64,000 nt of DNA from Gemmatimonadota bacterium (GTDB lineage Bacteria > Latescibacterota > UBA2968 > UBA8231): contig JAYPJE010000013.1 of the NCBI GenBank assembly GCA_038128265.1, forward strand, positions 22,908 to 86,907, given 5' to 3'. Both the position numbers and the translations under genes were made by a program. Shown in pieces: positions 56,482-64,000 of this stretch. The notes under the pieces were generated by a model. That model saw only the letters and a program-made list of their open reading frames with translations. It did not search any database and was not told the DNA's origin. Numbering within the stretch: the first letter of the stretch is position 1; each line of letters opens with the position of its first letter.

Positions 56482-57351
56482 ATGAGCGAAATGCTGCGCG
56501 AAAACCGCATGGAATCGGTGCTCAAACCCTTCGTGTATTTGGCCCTGTGCACCTACTTAATAATTGTGCTCTATCCAATGCTGTGGCTGCTCTATACGTC
56601 GCTAAAGACGGATCGCGAGATATTTCTCGATCCCTTTAGCCTACCGGCGCTAGGCGATTTGCAGTGGATTAATTTTAGCAACGCCTGGACCAAGGGTTTT
56701 TTTGGCGAATACTTTTTTAATAGCGTGCTGCTGACTGTAGCTACCGTGCTGTGTTCGCTGCTGCTGGCGGCGATGGCCGCCTATGCGCTGGCGCGCTTTA
56801 CATTTCCCGGCGTGCGCCCGCTATTTTTCTATTTTCTAGCCGGGCTGATGGTGCCACTGCAGCTTGCCATTGTGCCGCTATTCTTTCAAATGAAAGACTA
56901 CGGCTTGCTCAACTCGCGCTGGGGTATGCTCGTCGTCTACGTGGCCTTCGGTATGCCCTTTGCCATATTCATACTAACGGGCTTTTTTAAATCGCTGCCT
57001 TCCAGTCTGCACGAATCGGCGCTTATCGACGGCGCCGGCGAGTTCGGCGCCTTTTGGCAGATTATGCTGCCGCTGGCCCGTCCGGGGTTGATAACGGTCG
57101 GCATCTTCTCGTTTCTGAGCACGTGGAACGAGTTTTTCATGGCATTTATGTTTCTATCCGGGGAAGGCGCCCAGCACCTGCGCACGCTGCCGCTGGGGCT
57201 CGCTAATATCACCATTGTCAGCCAGTATCGCAGCGATTGGGGCATGGCCTTTGCCGGGCTGGTATTGATTATGGCGCCGACGATGATGGTCTACGCCTTT
57301 CTGCAGCAATATCTGACCAAGGGCATCACGGTAGGTGCACTCAAGGGGTGA
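56482..57351 (+). CDS. Carbohydrate ABC transporter permease (MalG-like)
   Basis: YFFNS, AAYALARFTF, ESALIDGA, WNEF, TLPLGL, KGITVGALKG. Confidence 0.92.
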   Translation: MSEMLRENRMESVLKPFVYLALCTYLIIVLYPMLWLLYTSLKTDREIFLDPFSLPALGDLQWINFSNAWTKGFFGEYFFNSVLLTVATVLCSLLLAAMAAYALARFTFPGVRPLFFYFLAGLMVPLQLAIVPLFFQMKDYGLLNSRWGMLVVYVAFGMPFAIFILTGFFKSLPSSLHESALIDGAGEFGAFWQIMLPLARPGLITVGIFSFLSTWNEFFMAFMFLSGEGAQHLRTLPLGLANITIVSQYRSDWGMAFAGLVLIMAPTMMVYAFLQQYLTKGITVGALKG

Positions 57352-57404
57352 GCTGTGGGGAGGTCGCATATCTTTAAATTGGCTAACAATACAGGAGAAT
57401 AAGC

Positions 57405-58094
57405 GTGTATCGGATGTGGTTGATTGCCCTATCACTCGCTTTTGCAGGGCAGGTCTCTGCGAGCGAAGACGCGCGCGCTGACAGCACGCGTCGGGTAATA
57501 ATGTTTTACGGAGATAGTTTGACGGCTGGCTACGGCGTCGATCGCGACCAGGCCTTTCCGGCGCTGATTCAGACGCGCTTCGACTCGCTCGGTTGGCCCT
57601 GCGAGGCGGTCAATGCGGGGTTGAGCGGCGAGACGTCGGCGGGTGGGCTGCGCCGCATCGACTGGGTGCTGCGGCGATCGGTAGACGTATTTGTATTGGA
57701 ACTGGGTTCAAACGACGCGCTGCGCGGCATTGAGCTGGAGACGACGCGCGCCAACTTGCAGGGCATCATAGACAAAGTCAAAACCAAGTATCCGGAGGTG
57801 GTGCTGGTCGTTGTCGGCATGCAGATGCCGCCGAATATGGGCACCGACTACACGGCGCAGTTCCGCGCGCTCTTTCCACAGTTGGCCGAAAAAAACGGTG
57901 CGGCGCTCGTGCCCTTTCTGCTCGAAGGCGTGGTGCTGGTGCCCGATGAAGAGCGTCTATTCCGCGGCAATCATCCCACGGCGGCAGGTCACGAAGTGGT
58001 CGCCGAAAACGTATGGGCCGTTGTCGGGCCACTCGTCGCGGAGCGCTTGGGCTATGAAGGCGGTGCTGGGCAAACGGAGACGATACCGCAGTAA
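57405..58094 (+). CDS. tesA: SGNH/GDSL arylesterase (TesA-like), exported
   Basis: FYGDSLTAGYG, NAGLSGETSAGG, LELGSNDALRG, HPTAAGH; signal peptide; AGGAG RBS. Confidence 0.85.
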   Translation: MYRMWLIALSLAFAGQVSASEDARADSTRRVIMFYGDSLTAGYGVDRDQAFPALIQTRFDSLGWPCEAVNAGLSGETSAGGLRRIDWVLRRSVDVFVLELGSNDALRGIELETTRANLQGIIDKVKTKYPEVVLVVVGMQMPPNMGTDYTAQFRALFPQLAEKNGAALVPFLLEGVVLVPDEERLFRGNHPTAAGHEVVAENVWAVVGPLVAERLGYEGGAGQTETIPQ

Positions 58095-58100
58095 GCGAAC

Positions 58101-60623
58101 TTAGCCGATGGTGCGCAGCACTTCGAGCGGCGGACTGTCGCTGATGCCGCGGCCAGATAGCTGGCCGACGGCAACCGTCAGCAGGCAGATTGCGGGTAGG
58201 GCAATAAAGAGCGGTGCGATAGCGGGTTGGAAAGGCACTTCAAAGACAAAGAAGGCCAGAGCCCACGAAGAGCCGATGGACAGCGTCAGTCCGGTCAGCG
58301 CGGCAAATCCCCCCAAGAATACGTATTCCATAGCCATAATGCGTCCGACCTGTTTGCGGCTGGCGCCAAGCGTGCGCAACAGGACGCTTTCGCGGACGCG
58401 CTGATAGCGGCTGCCGGCGACAATGCCGACGAGCACGAGAAGACCGGTGGCGATGCTGAAAAGGGCGAGAAATTCCACGACAAAAGAGACTTTGCCGAGG
58501 ATCGTATCGACGGTAGAAAGAATCAAGTCGAGATCGATAATCGATACGTTGGGATACTGTGCAATGCTTTGGCGCTGCAGCTGGGCCAACTGCTGTGATT
58601 TTTCAAAGCGCGTGACCAGCACGTGAAACTGCGGGGCGGCTTCGAGTGCGCCGGTGGGAAAGAGCGCGAGAAAATTGGGCATGACGCGCTGCCAGTCGAC
58701 TTCGCGCAGGCTGCCGACGACGACCGGTACTAGCACGCCCTGCACGTCGAATACGAGCGAGTCGCCGAGGGTTACGCCGAGATTTTCGGCCAGGCCGCGC
58801 TCCAGGGAAATAAAGGTCGTATCGCCCACAACGCTGCCGCGCCACTGGCCGTCTACCAGTGTTTCGCTGGTGTTGAGCGTGTCGCGGTAGGTGCAGCGGT
58901 ACTCGCGCGTGAGGGCCCATGAGCCGCGCCGGCGCTCCTGGCGTAGCTCATCGACCGGGACGCCTTTGACGCTATACATGCGCATGGTGACAATGGGCAC
59001 GTGCTGAATGACGGGAAGATCGAGGTCGGCAAAGATGGTTTTGAGCCCTTCTACTTGATCCGTTTGCACGTCAAAGAGCACGGCATTGGGTCGATCGCCG
59101 CCGCCGACGCCTTCGATTTGCGCCACCAGCGCGCTCTGGGCTAGGTAGAGCGTCGACATGAGAAAGGTGCCGAGGCCCAATCCGAGCAGCAGCATGAGGG
59201 TCTGGTTGTGCGGGCGAAACAGATTGGCCATGCCCTGGCGCCACTCATAGCTCCAGCTGGTCGGAAAAAAGCGCCGTGCGCCCCACGTTAGCAGGCGGGC
59301 AACGCCGGCTAACAGCACAAACGCCAGGCCCGTGCCGCCGGTAAAGCCAATGGCGTAATCGGTGCGGCCCGTTAGATGCAGGGCAAAGAGCAGCGCTCCA
59401 CCAACGAGTAGGACATTAGCGGCGATGCGAAACAGCCGGCCACCGCTGTCCCTGCTTTCTTCGTACGCAGCGCGCAGCGCGCGCAGCGGCGGCGTTTGTC
59501 GCACGGCCAGAAGCGGACGCGCGCCAAAGAGCAGCGCCAGGCCCAGGCCGACGAGCGTGCCCTGCAGTACGGGCTCCAGCGCGGGCGTGGGTTGTACCTC
59601 GAGCGGCAGCACATCGCGCAGCAGAGCGGGCAATAGCTGTAGGGCCGCGGCCCCCAGCAGCGCGCCGCCCAGTGAGCCCAACAGACCCATGGCGCCGGCC
59701 TGCAGCAGGTAAATGGCGAAGGTTTGATTGGCCGATGCGCCAAGGCTGCGCAAGATGGCAACGGTGTCGAGTTTTTGTGAAGCATAGGCGTGCACGGCGC
59801 TGGCCACGCCGACGGCGCCGAGAATCAGGGCGATAAATGCGCCTAGGTTGAGGAAGCGATAGAGGTTGCCCAGCGAGCGACCTATCTGGCGCTTGCGATC
59901 CTCGACGGTGTCGATATCGACGTCGTCGCGCCCCTGGTCGTGGGCTTCGCGCAGCTGCTTCTTGAGCGCTTCCGGATCGCTGCCATCGGGGAATTTTAGA
60001 AAAGTCGCGTACTCGACGCGGCTGCCGCGCTGAATGAGGTGGGTGCGGTCTAGGTGATCCATCGGTAGGTAGACGCGCGGTTGTATGTCGCTGCGCAGCG
60101 AGGTCTCGCCGGGGATTTTGAGCAGGCGGCCCTCGATGCGAAATAGGGCGTTGCCCACTTTGATGGAGTCGCCGATTTGCGCGTCGAATTGCAGCATGAT
60201 GTTGTCGTCGACTAGCGCGCGCGCGCCCGGTTGGCGAAATAAATCGGCCGCTTCGGGCGGATCGGTCTGCAGCTGTCCGTAGAACGGGAACATGCCTTCC
60301 AGCGCGCGGATTTGGGCGAGTCGGGCGTGGTCGCCGCGCGGCAGATAGATCATTGAAGTAAACTGAACTTGGTTGGCGCGCTGGCCGCCGAGCGAGTCGA
60401 TGCTGGCCTGCAGAGCCTCGGAAAAGGGCTGGTTGCTCTCAATTTCCATATCGGCACCCAGCAGGGCGCTGGCCTGCTGGTCGACTTCGCCCTGCAGGCT
60501 ACTGGCCAAACTGCGCAGCGAAACGAGTGCGGCGATGCCGACGGCAATGGCGGCCGTATAGAGGGCGAGGCGGCGGCGGTGCCGGCGGCTGTCCCGCCAG
60601 GCCATGCGCAGAATCCAGCTCAC
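58101..60623 (-). CDS. ybbP: YbbP-like ABC transporter permease (two FtsX domains)
   Basis: MAWRDSR, LLGAD, FPFYG, LTREYRCTYRD, FDVQG, LREVDW, LRTLGAS. Confidence 0.88.
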   Translation of the reverse strand: MSWILRMAWRDSRRHRRRLALYTAAIAVGIAALVSLRSLASSLQGEVDQQASALLGADMEIESNQPFSEALQASIDSLGGQRANQVQFTSMIYLPRGDHARLAQIRALEGMFPFYGQLQTDPPEAADLFRQPGARALVDDNIMLQFDAQIGDSIKVGNALFRIEGRLLKIPGETSLRSDIQPRVYLPMDHLDRTHLIQRGSRVEYATFLKFPDGSDPEALKKQLREAHDQGRDDVDIDTVEDRKRQIGRSLGNLYRFLNLGAFIALILGAVGVASAVHAYASQKLDTVAILRSLGASANQTFAIYLLQAGAMGLLGSLGGALLGAAALQLLPALLRDVLPLEVQPTPALEPVLQGTLVGLGLALLFGARPLLAVRQTPPLRALRAAYEESRDSGGRLFRIAANVLLVGGALLFALHLTGRTDYAIGFTGGTGLAFVLLAGVARLLTWGARRFFPTSWSYEWRQGMANLFRPHNQTLMLLLGLGLGTFLMSTLYLAQSALVAQIEGVGGGDRPNAVLFDVQTDQVEGLKTIFADLDLPVIQHVPIVTMRMYSVKGVPVDELRQERRRGSWALTREYRCTYRDTLNTSETLVDGQWRGSVVGDTTFISLERGLAENLGVTLGDSLVFDVQGVLVPVVVGSLREVDWQRVMPNFLALFPTGALEAAPQFHVLVTRFEKSQQLAQLQRQSIAQYPNVSIIDLDLILSTVDTILGKVSFVVEFLALFSIATGLLVLVGIVAGSRYQRVRESVLLRTLGASRKQVGRIMAMEYVFLGGFAALTGLTLSIGSSWALAFFVFEVPFQPAIAPLFIALPAICLLTVAVGQLSGRGISDSPPLEVLRTIG

Positions 60624-61327
60624 GGTGCGTCGGCCCGGTCGTCGCGGTTTGAATCGGAGAAGATCGAACCGCCGCGCAGGCGGATAACGCGTCCGGTGCG
60701 CTGGGCCAGTTCGAGATCGTGGGTTACCAACACCAGCGTTGTGTCCTCTTCGCGATTGAGCGAAAAGAGTAGCTCTTGCACTTGGTCGCTCGTGTCGCCA
60801 TCGAGGTTGCCCGTGGGTTCGTCGGCAAAGAGCACGCGCGGCGCGTTGATAAACGCACGTGCCAGGGCAACGCGCTGTTGCTCGCCGCCCGATAGCTGCG
60901 TTGGATAGTGATCCAAGCGGTCGCCTAGGCCGACGCGTTCGAGCCAGTGTGCCGCGCGTTCGCGGGCGTCCTTGCGACCGCGTAGTTCCAGCGGCACCAT
61001 GGCATTTTCAAGTGCGCTGAGAGTGGGAACGAGTTGGAAATTTTGAAAAACGAAGCCGACGCGTTCGTTGCGCAGGCGTGCGCGCTGATCCTCGTCGAGG
61101 CCTTCGAGCGCAACGCCGTCGAGTCGCACGCTGCCAGAAGAAGCGCGATCGAGGCCGGCACACAGGCCGAGTAGGGTGGTCTTGCCGCTGCCCGAAGGAC
61201 CTACAATTGCACTGGTGGTGCCGTGCTGGATGGCAAAACTAACATTGTCTAGGACGGTCAGGGTGCGCTCGCCGCTGGTATAGGTCTTGGTCAGGTGCTC
61301 GGCTTCTAATGCGATGGATTCATTCAT
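60620..61327 (-). CDS. ybbA: YbbA-like ABC transporter ATP-binding protein
   Basis: GPSGSGKTT, GFVFQ, LSGGEQQRVALARA, FADEPTGNLD, VTHD. Confidence 0.92.
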   Translation of the reverse strand: MNESIALEAEHLTKTYTSGERTLTVLDNVSFAIQHGTTSAIVGPSGSGKTTLLGLCAGLDRASSGSVRLDGVALEGLDEDQRARLRNERVGFVFQNFQLVPTLSALENAMVPLELRGRKDARERAAHWLERVGLGDRLDHYPTQLSGGEQQRVALARAFINAPRVLFADEPTGNLDGDTSDQVQELLFSLNREEDTTLVLVTHDLELAQRTGRVIRLRGGSIFSDSNRDDRADAP

Positions 61328-62220
61328 GGAGTACTATGTTCGGGCGTTCGGTTCAAGATGGATAGGAGACGGTCTGGGTAGTCTGTTATAATGCCATCTA
61401 CGCCCACTTCGATAAGGCGGCGCATGGCATCGGGTTTGTTTACAGTCCACACGTGGACCTGCGCCGCGCGCTCATGCACGCTGGCTACAAAGCGTTCGTC
61501 GACCAAGCGCAGAGAGCCAATGCGTTCGGGCACCTGAAAGGCGATGGGCGGATTGAGGTAGGCTCCGTCCAACCGCAATAGGTGCAGCAGGGTATAGAGG
61601 CCAACCTGGCTACTGGTAGCCGATACGGGAGTCTGTGGACAGGCGCGGCTAAACGCTTCGAGCGCGTCGCTGTGAAAAGAGGCTACGACGGTCTTTTCAT
61701 CCATGGAAAAGCGCGTTAGCGTGTTGCATAGTTGCTGGGCGACCTGTGCCGAGTTTGGCTTTATCTCGATGAGCATGCGCCTGTGGCTGAACCGCTGCAA
61801 AACTTCCTCGAGATGTGGAATACGCACGCCGCTACCCCTGTGCGGAAAGCTGCCATCCGGTCCTTTCCAGTTGTAGGCTGCGTCCAGTGACTGCAGCTGA
61901 TCGAGCGTCAGCGCATCTACTTTGCCGCTCCCATTCGTCGTGCGGCCAACTGAATCATCGTGAATGACTACGAGGTGGCCATCCGCGCTGGCGTGAATGT
62001 CCATCTCCAGCACGTCGACGCCGAGCGAGTCGACGTATTGGAAGGCAGCTAAGGTATTCTCCGGCATCAGGCCGCGTCCGCCGCGATGGGCGATAACCTG
62101 AAAGCGTCCGTCGGAGAAATAGGGGTGTGGGTCGACGGGTTTGGCCATTGCCATACAGACGAGCAAAAGGGCCGCTAGGGTAGCAAATAAATAGGCTGAG
62201 ATTCGGCGCAGTCGGAGCAT
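61324..62220 (-). CDS. Glycerophosphodiester phosphodiesterase
   Basis: IAHRGG..PENT, LEMDIH..ADG.LVVIHD, IEIK, HVWTVN, GVDGIITDYP; N-terminal signal/anchor. Confidence 0.92.
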   Translation of the reverse strand: MLRLRRISAYLFATLAALLLVCMAMAKPVDPHPYFSDGRFQVIAHRGGRGLMPENTLAAFQYVDSLGVDVLEMDIHASADGHLVVIHDDSVGRTTNGSGKVDALTLDQLQSLDAAYNWKGPDGSFPHRGSGVRIPHLEEVLQRFSHRRMLIEIKPNSAQVAQQLCNTLTRFSMDEKTVVASFHSDALEAFSRACPQTPVSATSSQVGLYTLLHLLRLDGAYLNPPIAFQVPERIGSLRLVDERFVASVHERAAQVHVWTVNKPDAMRRLIEVGVDGIITDYPDRLLSILNRTPEHSTP

Positions 62221-62257
62221 CGCATTCTTACTATTTTATGTGTATAGGCATTCGGCG

Positions 62258-62285
62258 AATATATTTATACAGCGCGCGCTGGCAA
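62258..62285 (-). promoter_or_regulatory. Possible sigma70 promoter for the GDPD-ybbA-ybbP operon
   Basis: Minus strand TTGCCA (62285-62280), 16-bp spacer, TATATT (62263-62258). Confidence 0.4.
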
Positions 62286-62362
62286 GTCCGTAGCCCATGC
62301 TCTGCTCGATGGCTGGTATACTGGGCTGGGCTGCATGGTCACGAGGTTTTTTTCATATAAAA

Positions 62363-63331
62363 ATGATAATCGACTCACCGTATCGACCCCCCTGGTATTT
62401 GCCTGGTGCCGACCTGCAGACGGTCGCGCCGCACCTGCGCCGCATTGACGGCGTTGCCTATCGACGCGAGCGCATTGAACTGGACGACGGCGACTTCGTC
62501 GATGTCGACTGGTCGCGGGTCGACAGCGAGCGGTTGGTCATCATTGCACACGGAATGGAAGGCCATTCGCGCCGGCCTTATATGCTGGCCATGGTGCGCA
62601 CATTAAATGCGGCTGGATGGGACGCTTTGGCGTGGAATATGCGTGCGTGTAGCGGGGAGACCAATCGTACGGCTGGTTTTTATCATGCTGGACTGACGCA
62701 GGATCTGGCGGCAGTCATAGCACACGTGCAGGAAGCAGGATCCCATGAGCGCATCGCACTCGTAGGATTCAGCCTCGGCGGCAATCTGATTCTCAAGTAC
62801 CTGGGCGAGTGCGGTGCGGACGTGCCGAGCGAACTCTGCGCCGCGGCGACCTTTTCTGTTCCCTGTGACTTGGTCGACGGTGCGCGCGCTATTCACCGAT
62901 GGCGCAATAGATTCTATCTGCGGCGATTTATGCGCCATCTGCGTGCCAAGGTGCGCGACAAGGCCACGGCGCGGCCGGGGTTGATCGATGCAGAGGGCAT
63001 TGAACGGTTGCCCGATCTCTACGCATTTGACGGGCGCTATACGGCGCCAGTTCACGGCTATGCTTCGGTCGAAGCATACTGGCGCGCTACGAGCTGTTCG
63101 GGTTATTTGAGTGCCATTCGCCTGCCGGCGCTCATTGCCAATGCTCGCAACGATACGTTTTTGGAGGATCGGTGTTATCCACTCGATATTGTGCGTCCGC
63201 TAAAAGAGGTTGTGCTAGAAATGCCTGACTGCGGCGGCCATGTTGGCTTTCCCCTAGCGGGCGGAGCATGCTGGATGGAAGAGCGGGCTCTGGATTTTAT
63301 CGAGGCTGCCCAGCGCGACGGGGCGCGCTAG
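62363..63331 (+). CDS. YheT-family alpha/beta hydrolase
   Basis: LQT, RERIELDDGDFVDVDW, HGMEG, VGFSLGGN, NARNDTF, GGHVGF. Start set at ATG 62363 (longer ORF begins 62297). Confidence 0.87.
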   Translation: MIIDSPYRPPWYLPGADLQTVAPHLRRIDGVAYRRERIELDDGDFVDVDWSRVDSERLVIIAHGMEGHSRRPYMLAMVRTLNAAGWDALAWNMRACSGETNRTAGFYHAGLTQDLAAVIAHVQEAGSHERIALVGFSLGGNLILKYLGECGADVPSELCAAATFSVPCDLVDGARAIHRWRNRFYLRRFMRHLRAKVRDKATARPGLIDAEGIERLPDLYAFDGRYTAPVHGYASVEAYWRATSCSGYLSAIRLPALIANARNDTFLEDRCYPLDIVRPLKEVVLEMPDCGGHVGFPLAGGACWMEERALDFIEAAQRDGAR

Positions 63332-63882
63332 TTTGACTGTGGCCCTTTCCAATCGGCGCGCAGCAGCGCGTAGAGGGCGTGATCCTCAAAGTGGTCATAC
63401 AGCCACTCGACCTGGCGCATGATGCCTTCGCAGGCAAAACCCAGGCGCTCGGGTACGGCGCGGCTGCGTGCGTTGCCAGTGGCACAGCGTATCTCCAGGC
63501 GATTCAGATCAAAATCGACAAAGCCGAATTCAATGAGCGCGCTGCAGGCCCGTGTGATGAGACCCTTTCCCTGGCTGTCGGCATCGAGCCAATAGCCGAT
63601 TTCTGCGCGGCGCGCCGACCAATCCACGGTGTTAAAGCCCACCATGCCGACGAGTCTGTCCGCGTGAAATAGGCCGGCTTCTAACGCTTCGCGGTTGGCG
63701 TAGCGCTCGCGCGTGCCTTCGACAAAGCGCCGCGTATCCTCGGCACTCGTATTGCGATCGAGCCAGGGAAGCCACCGCCGCAAATGGGAGCGGTTCTTGT
63801 CAGTTAGGGCAAAGAGCGCATGCGACTCGCGGCCGTCGAGCAGGCGCAGACAGAGGTCGGGGGTGCTTGTTAGACTGAACAT
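63328..63882 (-). CDS. RimJ/RimL-family GNAT N-acetyltransferase
   Basis: NRSHLRRWLPW, AEIGYWL, QGKGLIT, LNRLEIRCATGNARSRAVPERLGF..EG. Confidence 0.9.
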   Translation of the reverse strand: MFSLTSTPDLCLRLLDGRESHALFALTDKNRSHLRRWLPWLDRNTSAEDTRRFVEGTRERYANREALEAGLFHADRLVGMVGFNTVDWSARRAEIGYWLDADSQGKGLITRACSALIEFGFVDFDLNRLEIRCATGNARSRAVPERLGFACEGIMRQVEWLYDHFEDHALYALLRADWKGPQSN

Positions 63883-64000
63883 GGTAAAAATATAGGTGCA
63901 TTGCTCAAGAGGGGCGAATGGGTTAGCGGCGTGGAGATGCTATAGGCGGAGCCGATAGCTGGCGGCCGGCCACGCTAAATTGCTCAAAGGTCGATATTCT

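Noticed and set aside
1..64000. CRISPR array, tRNA/rRNA, IS elements, prophage
   Set aside because: No regularly spaced identical repeats, RNA-gene signatures, transposase/integrase or phage hallmark genes were recognised. The recurring GACTACGACAACGACGG strings are coding FG-GAP repeats.

Overview
GC-rich bacterial window with 38 densely packed CDSs and no rRNA, tRNA, CRISPR array, transposase, integrase or reverse transcriptase that I can recognise. The gene content (CRTAC1/ASPIC-UnbV FG-GAP proteins, FlgD-Ig/'PNGDGIND' C-terminal domains, DUF6785-like transporters, a 'TAVE..SWG.IK' tail) suggests an FCB-group candidate phylum such as Latescibacterota; this is inference. There are four blocks. 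(1) 1-11.9 kb: four CRTAC1-like beta-propellers, two TPR lipoproteins and a pentapeptide-repeat/channel-like protein. (2) 12.1-37.0 kb, the most interesting block: a SurA/PrsA-like PPIase transcribed divergently from two translationally coupled ~950-aa putative outer-membrane beta-barrel paralogues and six paralogous secreted proteins. The six share a scaffold, discoidin/CBM32-like domains with hypervariable loops, and a common C-terminal domain ending in Tyr. This may be an undescribed cell-surface display/recognition system. (3) 37.2-49.7 kb: a haem-c FG-GAP protein, a GT-C/TPR glycosyltransferase, aldo-keto reductases, two DUF6785-like transporters and an orphan family-5 SBP. (4) 49.8-64 kb: a sugar/sulfate catabolic operon with a fused SBP-permease, then tesA/ybbP/ybbA/GDPD/YheT-like hydrolase/GNAT genes. 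All calls come from motif reading only; no database searches were run.
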